A DNA stretch of 64,000 nucleotides from Enoplolaimus lenunculus (Eukaryota). The position numbers and the translations under genes are program-made. Where the stretch lies: assembly GCA_030248215.1 (NCBI GenBank), contig JASANG010001649.1, positions 62,001 through 126,000 of the forward strand, read 5' to 3'. Below, in pieces: positions 12,006 through 27,000 of this stretch. Within the stretch, counting starts at the first letter, position 1, and every line of letters starts with the position of its first letter. The notes below the pieces were generated by a model that was given only the letters and a program-made list of their open reading frames with translations, was not told where the DNA came from and did not search any database.

Positions 12006-14447
12006 CGTGCGATAGGAAATGGTCTCAATTACTAATTGCAGTTTAGGTACAATTAGTTTGCTGGGGCAAGTGTTTGGTCCATAAATTTTGGTGATTAATA
12101 CCCGTTTAAATGACAAGTTGAATTATTTTAAATATATTTAATAAGTAATAATTTTCTATATATAATACATAAATTTTGGAATTTTTGCGCGGGGTGGTCT
12201 GTATGTTTTCGTAACTCAAGTGTGACTTTTTCAGCTGTATACAAAACATTTTCGGGAGATTCCGGAAAATATTCACAGCTACAGTTAGTTCAAACATTGA
12301 GGGCGTGGTGGCAAATGTTATGAAACGTAAAAATTCTAAGGTAGAAACCGACAGGGAAAATTGTAAGGTAAAGAGCTTAGCATTTTATAGCAAAAAATTT
12401 CTGAGGGAAAAATTAGGGATCTTATGTTTTTACAAAACATTTTTCTGAGGGGAAAAATTGTCCCGGTAAAGGGCCTTACCATTTTACCACAAAAATATTT
12501 GATGGGGGGCGCATACCCCCCGCCCCGTCTGAATACGCTAATGTCAATTACATCTTCGATTTTTTCAATTACATGCGAAATTGAGCTTATCAATTATATC
12601 TTCGGCTTTCTCAATTACAAATAAAGTTGAGTTTATCTATTAGCTCTAACACTCAGACTTACAGACTGCGAGTGAAACCGGCCAGCAGTATCGCTTCATT
12701 TGGGCAAAAAGTCACGGAGAGATTGAACTCGAAACAATAATAAGCCGACAGCATCCAGACTCAAAACGTGTAGTAATTCAATAAAACACTAGTTCACGTG
12801 TGCAAAGAGATATGGAGTTTTGAGTAAATTGGATTTTAAGCCTATTCTAACCGCCTATAATCTTCGCAACACTCCTTTGCACAGTCGTGTGAACCAGGGT
12901 GAATGCTTGGATGCCCCATCCATACAAAATTTAAACAGTTTTGGATAACGACGAAAATTTTTTAGGCATCATTGGAACAACTTTTGGCAGAAACGGTTTT
13001 TAAGATAAAACAAACATTTTGGTATATTTTTGTGCAATAGTTATTTTTTGGCGACTAACATTTAGGCTCGGTCTGGACAAGAATGACGTTGGCCGGTATA
13101 TTCTGTTAGGCGTTTGCAATAAAACAGCAAAGGTAACAAAGCTTTAGATGCAATTTTTAAGCATTAGATTAAATTTATCCCGAAATTTTGATATATACAA
13201 TTCGCTCAATTTTAATGCAAGGAAATTTAATTTTGGTCACAATTTTACGTTGGTTGCTATTCAAAAGTTGTCTTTTATGACTTTTTCGGCTTCAATTTTT
13301 GATTTCTTTGAGCGCAAAATCGTAATAGGCAAAAGTTCAGTTCAGTGAAAACGAACCAATGAGTTTCTGACGGGCTATCAGCAGAGCCGCGTTTAGCATA
13401 GCGCCCATAGAACGTCTTGGTTGAGGAAGCGGCCTTAAAAAGGTTGGCACTGAAAGACATAATCAACTTTAAAAGATCTAATGAATGCAATATATACTTT
13501 TTTGATGATTTTTTATACTAAAACAAGGCTTAAACTATTCGTTTATTTCGTTCGTGAATTTTTCAAATATATGGTATTATTAGCACAAAATCAACCGCCT
13601 AACTGGAGCTAAGCAGACTTAACCTTTTGCATTGGAAATGCAATACTAAAATTGCTTCTGGCTTCTCGGTCGCTTCGATCGCGTGATATCATACACCATT
13701 CTTATGGTATTTATTTATGAAATCCAGCCCCCGGGCTTAGACACACTTCAAATCAAACGGAAGTTAGGCACCAGTGTTCCCACGGCAGTATTTCTGGCTT
13801 CTCGTTTGCTTTGCTTTCCTTCAACTGGTACCTAAATGGCAAACAATTCGACCTGATTCTCAATGAGCTCTTGAAATTTGAAAACATGCTATTTTGAAGT
13901 TAACCTGAAAAATTATAGCTTAGTTAATTCGTTCAGCCATTTAGTTTCACTTAAAAATTATTATTCGAGCTTAAGTTTTAGAGCAGCAGTACTTCACTTC
14001 CTGCAAATAAAATATTAAACATACATCCCAAAACTGGTTAAACAGTTTGCGAAAATTATACTAATACAACGATGTTGTCTGCAAAAGTTCTGCCACAACA
14101 TGAGCATAGCACAGCGTGGAGTATTTGAAAGGAGTGTGATTTTTGTTTGCTAAAGTTTACCAAGTGTAATTTGAATTAAAGTGCTATATTTGGTGCGCTT
14201 AAATGAGGTACAATATTATTATTTATCACAAATATTTAGTTTGAAATTTAATTAATAACAATGCCGAATTCAAGGAATGCACTCCAATGAAAAAACATTT
14301 AAAAAGATCCTAATTAAAGTTTCGTGTGAATGTTTATTGCTAAATTACGTTTGGCTTTTCGCTCGCTTTACTTGTAATTTTTTTACCATATGTATCAACG
14401 CAACCGCAGCGCCCCGTTGCAAATTTCTTGATATGTCACGTGAATAA

Positions 14448-14515
14448 AAATAATAATAATAATAATAATAATAATAATTATAATAATAATAGCAATAATA
14501 ATAGCAATAATAATA
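14448..14515. repeat. (AAT)n microsatellite
   Basis: Direct reading. Confidence 0.9.
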
Positions 14516-16042
14516 CGGTTGCATGTTGTTAATTAGGCATAGCCAGTACCTGGTGCGACTAAAAGATCACTATCAACAAGGTTATGGCAAATATTATTTC
14601 GAAACTCAGGTTTAGCACATAAGTGAAAACATTGTAAAGTTCAATGTTATTAACCTCGCAAAAAACAGAAAAATAACTTTAGCAAAAATAATATTTTTAT
14701 CAAATTCTCCTACTATTCGCTCTAAAATTGTTTGTTATGAATTAGCATAAGAATAGTTGTGACCCGACTCGATACGTCGCCTAGCTGAATCTTCAACAAT
14801 CTCAATAATATTTGAAAGTTGAATCCTAAAAAAGTTTAAAGTACAGCCGTATTTTTGCTTATATTTGTGTATTTGACTCATGGAGGCGGAACATTTCTCT
14901 GCAGGAGTACTATAGAGTAGGCTTAAGCTTTATACGCTGTTTTTTGCTTAGACTTAGGCTTAAGGTTTCAGCTTTTTTATAAGCCCATTCTTACGTGTAA
15001 ACTTATGCTTAAGAATTTGCTTTATACTACAGTTACAGCTCTGTTCTGTGCATTGGCTCAAACTTTCAGCAAAAATACTGACAAATTTATATTAAGCAAA
15101 ATTTTCGCAGCAAAATTTCCATGGTTTCTACTTTACGTTACAATGGCTACTTGAGAGGCGTATCGAAGCAAAAATGTTTGTTCATTAATTGAAATCATCA
15201 AACTACTAACGACAGTTGCCAAAGCAGTGTGTTGGCACGAGAACAATTTATTACAGCCGGCAAGCCCCCATGCACTACCCTGATACCAAACAGCATGTAA
15301 AGAGTTAGTCCCGCAAAATTATTATCTGTTAAATTTAAACAGCGCAGTTCCTAGCTCGGCTTAAAGTACAATGTGTAGTTGAAGAAAACTCAACTGAAGG
15401 GCACTTAAAGTTTGCGAAACCAAAAAAATTGAAAATAGATGTTATCTACTGGTATAGCAATATTCCACTAAAGCTAGTGTTCCACACCCTACACCACATT
15501 TAAAAGTAGGCAATAAACGTTGCATAAGGACCGGACTACTATCTCTTATTGGAGACAATTTCTTGTTAATTAAAAATTTAAGGTCAGCCACGGCAGCTGC
15601 TTGCTAATTTTTGCGGTCAGAATATTCATAAACGAGAAAAACACAGACAAGACAAATAGAATAATTGAATGCTCCTACTTTCCGAATTACAGTTGCAATT
15701 TAGCTTCTCTTTCAATTCGCTCGCGAGGTATTTTTTGACCTAAAATTCATTGTCCAGACACATATGAGCCTTTCGTGGTTTTAAATAGGTTGCTGCGCCC
15801 CGGTACCGATAAGCTGAAGCTTTTGAATAGAAATATCTCTCTGATTGTCAACTTCACTTACTGATCAGGACCGTACCTTCAAAGTTTTGTAGAGGATGAA
15901 CAACGTTTGAATCTGGTCCGTAGCCTGCAAAACATGCATGGGGGGCTAAATAAAACGTAGTAACCCTCCCGACTAAATGGCTAAAAGAAACGCCTATTGG
16001 TGAAATTTAAAACCGTACTCTCGTTAATCTATGGCTGCGCAT

Positions 16043-16257
16043 GGCCAATGTATTAAAGCACATGGGCGAAACAGTATTATAAGCTTATTTCTAAGCCTAA
16101 ACCTAAGCCTAAACCTAAGCCTAAGCGTAAGAATGATTTTATTCCGAAGCCTAAGCCTTAGCCTAAGCCTAAGCCATGCAAAAAGTAATCGAAAGCTTAA
16201 GCTTATTCTATTCTAGTCCCACAGAAAGACGTTGCGCTCCTGATCTTTACATGGGTC
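16043..16257 (+). mobile_element. Telomeric-repeat-bearing MITE family, representative copy
   Basis: Imperfect TIRs (family consensus GGCCAATGTATAGAACAGGGCCG...CCGCCCCTGATCTTTACATGGGCC). Interior has (GCCTAA)n-GCGTAAGAATGAG-(GCCTAA)n-A tract-AAGCTTAAGCTT. Confidence 0.8.
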
Positions 16258-16762
16258 GCTGTGCTGATAAATTTTGCGTTGAAAATAACCTTCAATACCT
16301 GCTGACATCACACTTTGTTCGCTTTAGCATGAGGTGTTACGCGGTTTCTTGTCAATCGATTCTTATAATTCATACATTATTAAACCACTAATATTATTCA
16401 AGGTGAGCTGAATGTGACTGTTGTTAACACATTAGTTCAGGAGTAAGTACCAATAACAGTATTACTGTCTACTGTTCATTAGAATACGCAACATTAATGT
16501 TTACAAAAAGCCATCAATTGGTGAACACTATTCAGACCAAGATACAACTTTGTGTGAAAAATGATTGCGTTTGTGGTCGACGCACCGCTGCTTTCGGTGA
16601 AATGGGTTTTTCAATTAATTTCAGCTTAAATTTAGTGCTACTTTTGTGTAAACCGATTTATATACGGTAGCTCACGAAAAAATTTGGTGTACGCCAATCA
16701 TGAATAGAGATTGAACAACAACGGAACGCAACGAACGCTGGGCACATAAGTGTACACGCATT

Positions 16763-16973
16763 AGCGGATCCAGAGGTGGGGCGAATGGGCGTGCATGCCG
16801 CGTCAGAAAATATTTGGTGATAAAACGGTAAAGTCGCTACGTTATAATTTTCCCACTCAGAAATTTTTTATGATAACAAATAATGTCCCTACCTTATATT
16901 TTTACCTCTCAGAAAATTGTTCTGTGGAACCAAGATCGCCCCGCCCCGTCAGAAATTTCTGAATTCGCCGCTG
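16763..16973. mobile_element. MITE with GCGGATCCAGA...TCTGAATTCGCCGCTG termini
   Basis: Related segments at ~12300-12540 (inverted), ~23500-23680 and ~25970-26065 share ggtgataaaatggtaag and ctcagaaaat blocks. Confidence 0.6.
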
Positions 16974-18087
16974 TGTACAAGGGAGAGACATTTTTGTTTT
17001 AAAACTTTATAACTCTAATGCACGTTTTAGCAATTTTTTTGTATTTTAATATTCACCGATGATGCCGAAGGTGAAAAATTTTGAACAAATCCAGTAATCG
17101 TGAAATAATTTTCACCAGTTTGGAAACAAGACACATTCTGGTCATTTCCAATGAACCACTTGCGACGCAAATTTTTCAGCACGGTTGTACTTGTAAGGGA
17201 ATACCTGTATCCCACATTTTCCTCGCGATCTACTAAACGCGTTGAAACATATGTAGACATGGTAAATTTTGAACTGGCAATTAAAGCAAAAATAAATTTT
17301 GAACTTGAAACTGAAGCAAATGTAACGGTGTGTTACGTGAACGACATATCTCTATCAACTTGAAATTTACATTTCATTGTCAAAAGTTTGTCCTAAACGC
17401 AAACTATAAGCACATGCACCATTATCAGGCCCATAGCCAGCTGACCTTGTTAAGCGGACTAAAAATATTTTACGAGGTGCATACAAGGGATGTTGTTAAG
17501 TTACAAGCAAGGTTAAAAATTTCCTGGGTGGGAGGCAAAATTTTTCCTGGGGAATTGAGCCACAAGACCTGCCTTCGCTAAGGCGCGACCATTATACAGT
17601 AAAACACGTCAGCAAAATGTCTACGTACAAGAGTCAAACTAGAATCGTAGCCAGAGTTAGAACTGATCAGGGTGATACTCGTTATGATTTTAGAATCCCT
17701 CGGGATATAATTGTAATGTACGTAAAAATCGCCTTTCTTTCGCCTCTCGAAATTTCCTTGAGGCTTATATTCCTCTTGCCTCTTGAGTCTGCCCTGAGCC
17801 AAACCTAAAATCATTTCATATGCCGTGACGGTTATCATTGACTAGACACAGAGTATGTGTACACGCATCAAAAACACGGACATTTAATGTAAAGTGTAAA
17901 AGCATTTTATGAGGCAGTTCTTTTATAGAAACGAAAAAATATGTTCTTTTTTAGTTTTTTTGACGAAAAGTTGGACAGAAACACGGTTTTCTGCGTAAAC
18001 AGCCTTCCTTTTGCATGTTTACTATTGCGAGGTAGGAAACTCTGAAAATTTAGCTGGAGCTCAAAGATGGGTATGACAGAAGGTGTC

Positions 18088-18236
18088 GTGCAATGTATAG
18101 AACAGGGCCGTAACAGTAGTATAAGCGTATTCCAAAGCATAAGCCTAAGCCTAAGTAAAAAACTAGTCTAAAAGCTTTAGATTACTCTATTGCGTTCCTG
18201 CAGAACAACGATCCGCCCCTGATCTTTAAACTGGCC
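18088..18236 (+). mobile_element. Telomeric-repeat-bearing MITE copy (short)
   Basis: caatgtatagaacagggccgtaacagtag...gcctaagcctaag...ccgcccctgatctttaaactggcc. Confidence 0.75.
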
Positions 18237-20757
18237 AGGGCGATAAACCATTAAACAAAATACCTATGCTATTTTTTAACCAAAAGCATAAGAGAATTAT
18301 GTGTTTTTCACAAAAATTAGCTTGCTCATTTGACATTTTACGCTGGTTGCAGAAAATCTCACAATTGCTTTATATTCCGCTCAATCTGAGAATATCTAAC
18401 ATAGAGCTAAATCCGCTTACAAATTAAACGTTTTTTGTCTTGTATCAAAAGTTTGTCCACTAATGCAAGGTTATACTTAGGAATGTACTTTCAAAACCTA
18501 AATGTGCTTTAAAGTTTCGAACTCACTTTATTGGCCCTGGAGTCATTTATGCATTACAATCAGGACAAATTAAAAGTTATGAATGTAGTTAGGGTCAAGG
18601 GACTCTATCCGCTAACAAATTCTTATAAGGGATATGGACTCCTATTGATTGGGACTCAAAATGTGGACTTCCTTCTTATTACACCCTTTTTATTCGAGTC
18701 GCTGCAGAATGTGTCGAACAGTTATCTGACAAATTTGTTATTTCCAAAAACGTACTTAAATTTAAATAAATTCTAAATTAACAGCCCACAGTTGATATGC
18801 TACAGGTTACGTATCGACTTGGCGATATTAACCTTAGTCTAAATGAAACTGTAGGCTTATGGTGCCTGCTTAATAGAATTAAAACTATGACTGTTTATAA
18901 CACATGCACGATGTTGACGTTTATTTACTTTTGCGCAAAATGTTAAGTATTTAGTCAAGTTAGTAGGTAAGTACTTGAAGCATTCACACCTGTAACCGTG
19001 CTTGACAGTGGCTGAGTTTCTGAAATCTTGGTCAAGTAATTAAAGTATAACCGTTGTATCAATAAGATTTCGAACACTGAGCCTCAGTCAAGCACGATTG
19101 CAGTTGTGACAAAATAATGATGTTCAATACACTGTAGTGCATCGGACACGAACAAGGGCATGTTTAAATTACAGGGTATACTTATTTTGAGTCCTAATCG
19201 AAAGAAATCTATATAGGCAATGAAACCATAAACACGTTAAAGCTTTGTTGTGGAACCACTATAGAAATCAATTTGACAAAAACTGTGGTTTATTTAAGTT
19301 GGAACAGCATTGTCCTTCCGTGGGTGACTTAATCTTTCAAAACCGTAGCGGATTACTGAAACTTTAAAGCTCTATTCACAAGTACAAGCTTTTGCAGCAG
19401 TCGCACGTGGAACGCTGTTGCCAGTCGATTGAATTTATTGCACTTGCATTTTGATAGGCCAATCTGGAACCATGTTAGCCGCTTAATTCAGACTTTCAAT
19501 TTATTCAAGTAACATGAATCGCAGATCGGCGACGGTAACAATACTAGGTTTGTACGATTTGAAAGCGCTTTTAGTCAAAAAAACTTATAGTAAAAGCTTT
19601 GTCACAGCGAATGTTTTTTGCAATTGAAATTTGCACCTACTAGTAGTTCATTCGAAAAATTAGAAGCAGTTCACATGTCTGAATAGTAATGCAAGTCGAA
19701 TTAATTACTGATCATTATCTGGACTCATAACTTATAGGGTATGTTTGACAGTTATTGCAGTCGTCTGCAAATTATAATTATTCAAATAATTACACGTCAA
19801 CAATCAGAATGAAAATTATATTTGTTTGCAAAAACTTGCAGCTGCAAATTACGAGCGCAAGTTATAGCTGAAAATTAGCTGCGTTCAAAACAAACCATTT
19901 AGTTGCGGTTATAACTACATGCAGGGGTTTTACGACTCTTCTGTATTTTATACTATATTCAACAAAATTATGTTTTATTGTCACACGACAAGTTTAATGC
20001 AAAAAAAACCAACAGTCCCCTGGAAGCATTTTGGACCCCCGAAAATTTGTCACCTTGCTTGTAAGTCATTGAAAATCAGTATACTTTTCCGGATTTTTAA
20101 GTTCCCCTAGCAAATTAAGTTGAATACGGGCATGACACCAAGGCATTGAGGCCCGTGTAAGGTCGACCGGCTCAACTGAAATTCAGCCACCTATAAAGCA
20201 TGCTCTTGGATCAATCTGAAACGCAAGCTACAAAACTCAACCTAATTATTATTGTAATCTGAAACCAAGCGTTCCCGGAAAAAACACACTGAGACATCTC
20301 GTCTTTCTAACTGCCTTACGGCAATATTTGCCGTGTAGTGAAAAGTAGTACCAAGTTTCCTTTAAGATATCTGATAGCCAAATAGCCAAATAAACTTGAT
20401 GTAGACATGTTGCCGCAAGATGCAAGCAGGATACAACAACGAGTTCTACCCACGATCTTGGGTTCTTCATATAATAACACTCCGGTAGAAATTTGATTTC
20501 CGGTTCCGGCCGACCAACAATATCTGCAGTGAAAAGTTTCGTGTTCTTTACAAAATTTACTTTTATGAATTTGTTTATAATTTTGAGGCAGTCTTCAAAA
20601 CTTTAAGCCGAGTTTTCTCAAAAATAATCTTAAAACCAGATTCCGACAACACGTTTGAAGATTATTCTGTAAGATTCAATTAAATGTAACTATTTTCAGC
20701 TCCAACATAAATTATTTACCTCCACCTTGGGCTCAGGCATGATGTCTCCGGTTGCAC

Positions 20758-21404
20758 AAAAGCTGCACGCTACCCACGGATACCCGCGGGTACCCGAGGT
20801 AACGCGGGTACGGGTAAGAAAGTTTTGACACAGGTATACCCCGCGGATACACAATTTCAAAGCGCGGGTAAACAATTTCAAAGCGTGGGTAAAAAATTGT
20901 GACTCTGAACCCGACTATAATTTTCATAAAACAACAAACAGTGGTTTAAAGTATGTAGCTAGTATCACTCACAAATAATGCAAATTGCACATGGGAATAC
21001 TTTTCACATACATTACAACAGAAGAAATTTTGGAGTACAGCTTATCATATTACATTTGGAGACATTCGCTGTTCCTATAGAGGTTATATTTTTCTTTGGC
21101 TTGGAACAAAATGTTCACAAGTTTTCTGAATGAAATCTTAAGACGAGTGGCGACAAAACCATAAAGAATTGGGTGATTATACGATCTTAACTACAATGCT
21201 TTCGTACAGACAAAAACGTTTTAATTCACCGATCGTGATCACCATTCGGCAAACAATTGTATTGAACACAGAAGAAAAATAAGGTCGGGTTAAGGCGGGT
21301 AAAGAGTAAAGGAATTTTACACGGGTACACCCGCGGGTAAAAAATATAATTTCTGCGGGTAAAGCGCAGCTCGGGTAAAAACCCTTTGCCTACTTGCAGC
21401 TCTG
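20758..21404. mobile_element. hAT-type MITE related to 29589-30008 (CGGGTA/TACCCG subterminal repeats)
   Basis: Ends aagctgca...tgcagctctg; flanks ggttgcac/gtttgcac (7/8 TSD match); many gcgggta motifs. Confidence 0.65.
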
Positions 21405-23999
21405 GTTTGCACCCTGCTAGGTGCCGTAAGTAACAAGTATCAGGAATACGTAATCAGAATGTGTGTCCAAACGTTGAAGGTTAACATTTATTGATTGCAC
21501 AAATGAATTTTTCATATATTTCTTTTTTAGACTATAACTTAACAGTGTATCGTTAATTTCACCTAAAAAATTAACAATAATACTCAAGAGTGTTTGGAAT
21601 TCAAAGCTTATAATCTTAAGCCCTTTGTCTTGCCTCAAAATGACACCTCCTGGGTGAGTTTTAGTATAATTCAACGTTAACGAGTTTTAAGCATTTAATT
21701 TATTAGCTTTCAACAGCAGTTAAATACCGCATCAAGCGCGACGACCCATAGCAGTTACTCTCAAAAGACTATCGCTCTCATTATAAGTTATATTAAGTAG
21801 GTTTTCAAGCTTGGTAACAGGGATAAATTTAGCTACCTTGCGAAGCGGACCAAAATGTAAGCTTTTAGTTGGAAGGCGTGCAGGGTTATACAAGATGTAT
21901 CACCAACCGATTTTGGTTGATGCTCACCATTTAAAAATACTAGCCCTGGTCACGACATTGAACAAGGGACGGGACGAACTCTCAGACGTATTCAAAAACG
22001 TATAAACGAGTCAATAACATGCTGTCGTTGTTAAGATTTATTATTGGGTAGCAATTTTCAAAACCAGCCAAATTATAGTCAATTAGTCCAATGTTACTTT
22101 TAGGGTCGTATGTGTAGGTTACATACATTGCAAAACCTAACCGTTGCAAAAAGTGAGAACGTAATCCTAAGATTAAGCCTAGAGCTACAAATATACTCTA
22201 AAGTATAAACCTGTTCTTTTACAGACTCTGTGTGATTTAATCTAACTTTACATTTTTTCTATTTTGCAGAATTTGCCATAGCGGCATAGATTAATAAGCA
22301 GAGGCGATGGTCGTTAGCGCTTGCCTTTGTGGCGAAATTCCCTTGTGAATTGTTTTAATTTCATAGACAAACTTTTGTTACAAAAAAACTATTTGTGAAC
22401 ATATAAACGTAATGGCTTCATACCTGCTAGTCTCGTCAACGCAGTGACCTATGGCTTTATACATAAAGTTCTATCGAAAAATAGCACCACGCTATCTACC
22501 GCGTGAAATTAATCAGATTTCAGGAAATCAACGCGGAAGAATTATATTTAAAAAGCAACAGATGGTGTCCATGCGAAAATACCGGAATCTGCTGGATTTA
22601 TTGGCGGGTGAAACATAGGCTCATGTATAGCTAAGTGCTGCAATACTAGTATAAGCATATTCCCAAACCTAACAGCTAGCCTCGGCGTAAGAATGAGACC
22701 ACTTTTAGCATAGGCCTCAGCATAACCAAAAAGTCCAAAGCGTATCTTTACTCAAAAGTAGTCCCGCGGCAAACCGGTCTGCGCTATACATGGGAAAAGT
22801 TCAGAACAAGCATGCAGGATACCTATTGGCTTAGCGAACCGGACCACCGCCAAATTATGGGCTAGCTTTGTCCACGTTATAGAAGTATAGCGCTGGTCTG
22901 CAAGCAGATATAACGAAAAAATTGCATAAAAACAACAGATTGATCGAAACGGCAAAGTTAAAATGTACAATTAATGTTTAGATTTGAAACTGGTGTCGAC
23001 TAATAGTTTATCTTTAGAGTAAAATCAACAATTGAATTTTCGTTAAAAATAGTTCAAGCTGTTCAAACTTCAAGTCTGCCGAACATGGTAGCGTGAGCTG
23101 AAAAACGCAGATGTATTCAAACGAGCATAGGACGTCAGGCCCATGGCCGGATGATATATCCCCCGAAATTTATAGAAGGACTCAAAAAAGCACTTTTATA
23201 GGCTTTAGTATAGCCTGCAGAAGTCAAAATATTTTATTGTTTACTGTGCTCACCGATATAAAAAGCTTTTTGACGTGGTTTGGCTTACAGTTCATTGTTT
23301 GATAAATCTCAACAATTATTTAAATTTTCCAAAATTGCACCAAAGTTACTAAACAATTCAGCGACATTCGTAACTTTTATAAAAGCAAAACAATTTCACT
23401 ACCGAAATAACCATCCGAGCCGAAACCAGAAGTCGAATTTCTACAGGAGGCGGAGGTTAGAACCGGGTTGCACCCGGGTTATCGTCACTAGCGAACACTA
23501 GAAGAGGAGGTCTACGCCCCCTCCGCAGATCTTTTTGATAAAATGTTAAGGTCACCTTGCAAATATTCACGCAAGAAAATTTTTGGTGATAAAATGATAA
23601 AATGATAAAGTCCCTATTTTACAATTTTTGCGCTTCACATTAGTCAGCCCGCCTCCGGTCAGAAATTTTTGCATACCCCCTTCGGTTATCGTAGATGATG
23701 CATAAGGTTACATTTTGAAATAGCTATAACCGTATATTCAGCTTACACAAAGCCTAAATTGGGACAAACGCTATCGCTTGACTTCTTATTAATATTATAG
23801 CTTTGTAACTACTACTGTAACCTTTGTAATAAGCGTGTTTGCGAAAATAAAATCTAGTTTTCTTACAACTAAACAAACCTTTTTAGCGATTTTGTTTTGT
23901 TATGCTACACTACAGCGATCGGCAAAAAATAGTAGTCGCTGATCATCAATTTGGCATGTAAATAAAGCTCAACTTTGAGTAAAATCAAAATATTAATTA

Positions 24000-24066
24000 C
24001 AACAGCAGTAGCAACAACAACAACAACAACAACAATAATAATAATAATAATAATAATTACTACTAC
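24000..24066. repeat. Compound (CAA)n(TAA)n microsatellite
   Basis: Direct reading. Confidence 0.9.
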
Positions 24067-27000
24067 AAAACCTCTAAGAATTGTTCACAACGCTAATACT
24101 GAACCTTATTACTCACTAAAAGAGCTTGGCGAATCTGTAATCACAGGTAGCACCGAGAGGGTTACCGTGCCATCTCCTTCTGGCTTTTCAGCTATTACCG
24201 CCTAAACATGATAGGTATGTACGCAGACATAGTAGTTTTATTTGATATCTATTGAAATTTTGTATGATTTCCCAAAATCTTTTGCTTCATGCCCACTTCG
24301 TAACCGCCTCCTGCCTATTAGAAGCCTATATATTATTAAATTTTGCAAGAAACCTTTGTTAAGCGCAAAATATTCTCAATCCGTGCTAAAGCTTGTTTCT
24401 CAAAAACAATATGGCTTCACAGCTAAATAGCAGGTAGGAAACGGTTATATCAATCTTGTAACGTCTAACACATAACATAACGCTTAAGATCAATAGCAGA
24501 TATGGACCATGAATCCTGTAATGAAGAAATGAAGAATTTTTTCGGTTGAAGCTGTTTTGATAACAGCCCACTTTTAACTTTAGCTTGCATAAGAACCATC
24601 TTACATTCCTTAACATTATATCTGTGAACTCTGAAACTAAGGTCACCACAATGTAATTGGAAGTGAAAATGTCCGATGTCGAGAAAAATGAACAGTCCTG
24701 GAGCCACAAAGAAACTGGAGGTGAAGGAAAATGAAGTCGTTGGAGTCGGGTCAAATTTGCTCAATTCTTGCAATATTTAGACTTTGACATGCAGTTGTAC
24801 CAAATTAGCACAATTTTGTTAAACGACACAACTTTTACGGTGGAACAAAATATTTCACAACCGAAATTGGTAGCAGTGTCGTCACAACTTACTAAGGTAC
24901 TCACACCGATGCGTGTGCATGGTTTTGGTATTTGTTGATTAATATTGCACTGTTCGGCTTCTTCCGCTTTCAGTCATGGATACCATTAGAAGCAACGTTC
25001 TTACACCTCCCATCCGGAACGACTTTCGCTTAACTGCTATGGGCGCTTATTTGCTAGATTTTGTAATACTCGTTAAACACCCGGCCCGCTTCTACTTAGG
25101 AACTGGCGCGACATCTAACTTTCAACATCAACTGTGGTTACCAGGTAAGATGCTCAGTAATTTTACAAACAACACCTGTATTCTCAAATGCGTGGAGCAC
25201 CTGTCACCAAACGGTGATGAGTCTTTTGAAGTGCATGTTTTGGCTCTATATCGCCTATTTTTGAGCAGGTCTTGCGATCTGTAGGAACCATATTTCGTTT
25301 GCCTTATACCATACAACAATAAATAATTGATACCTGCTATACATTCCTCAAAATACGTGTCTTAGAGTGCAAAACTATTAAATAAAATGAATCGCTGAAG
25401 TTGCTAAGTACTATGCTGCTTAAACTCCCAAGCTCAAGACGAATTTAGAAAGAGCAAACAAGTTCAGAACATATTCTTAGCTTTAGTTAACAGTTTATTT
25501 CCACGAGCTGCCATCGATGAATAAAGCAACATTAACGTGTGTATAAACCTAATATTGCTACTTATGCCGGAAACTTAAACAGTTTTAATGATTATCATGT
25601 ACATTTTAACTTATTAGAAATTAATTTATAAATTAAAAATGAATAATAAGTCTGCTGAGGCGTCTACAAGCACTACTGACAGCGTAGGTACCTTATTGAT
25701 CAAAAACTACATTAACCACACTTGAATTCATACAAAAAATAGCTCAGTTGGATTGATATGTCAATGACTTGAGTTAAATAACTTGTTTACGCTAAAGTAT
25801 CAGGAAAAATACCCTATCATTTTTCGAACATGTCCTAAGAATAGATTGCAATGAAACAACATGCTAGCTAAATAGTGTGAAAATAATTACTTGGTACATG
25901 AAATAGCTGTAATTTTATAGCTACTTTCCAATAATAACATGGACATTTTTGATGGAGGCTTAAAATGTTTTGAGATAAAATAGCATGGAGGCTAAAAATG
26001 TTTTGTGATAATATGGTAAGGTACCCTTATCCCTTACCATACAATTTTCCCCCTCAGAAAATTTAGACTTCGTAGACCAGTAGGTTATTCTGTTAAGCCA
26101 GTGGTTATTCTTGTCTTTTAAGAAATTTCGAGAAGAAATCTATCCCACTACTATTTTCGTGAACGCTTGCGCAAGTATATTCACAGGTTTGTGTACTGGC
26201 ATCTAAATTCACGGGTGCAACTAACAGGCTGTGGATTTCAAAATTGTTTGATGCCCTTTAGTTTAAAGTGATACATGAAACTTGATATTTCTTGACTGAT
26301 GATAAAAATAAGCCCGAGCTTAAAAAATACTACTGGTTCCTACACGAAAAGAACCATTATCTTGCTGACTGCGTTCGCTGACAAAAAATATTCGCCATAA
26401 ATATTACCTCCGAAATAAAATCTTGGCTACGCTGTGGCTACGCTATATATATGTATATATAATTTACGTCATAAACACCGATGCATATACCGGTCCATTT
26501 AATTAAAGGTTCTGTCTCCTGGGAGACGCCGGACTAGGGCAGTTAGAGTATCTGGAGGTTAGGCTTAAGCTTAGTATTACGCTTTTGTTCAATTTTAGGT
26601 CTTAGGTTTACGTTTATGTTTAGGCCTGGGTTTAGTTAGCAGGGCCCTGTAGTCAAACTGAACCCATATATCTGTATATTATATTGTGATTAATTGTACC
26701 AAAGAAGCAGCAGTATGCGATCGGAACTCTAAAGACAAAACGTCCAGATAAAAACCAAACGATAAATCTGAATATCAAACGAAAAACCATAAGATTGATT
26801 AGCTCATGATGGCTGAATATATTCTGTTACTTCAATGGGTATATGTTTACAATTTTTGGTTAAGATGATAAATTTAAAAATGATTTTGCCTTTGTTTCTG
26901 TGATTATTTGGATGTGTTCCATTTTGAATTTCAAAAAAGTTATATTTATTTTGATTTGATACTTAGTATTATTATAATATGGTTGTTTGACGTTAATTGT

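Noticed and set aside
16031..16216. LSLSLS/LGLGLG/PKPKPK-type short ORFs here and elsewhere
   Set aside because: They are translations of TTAGGC arrays inside the MITE.
24386..25319. Cluster of overlapping 60-120-aa ORFs as a gene or transposase relic
   Set aside because: No recognisable motif and no phase-consistent exon chain.
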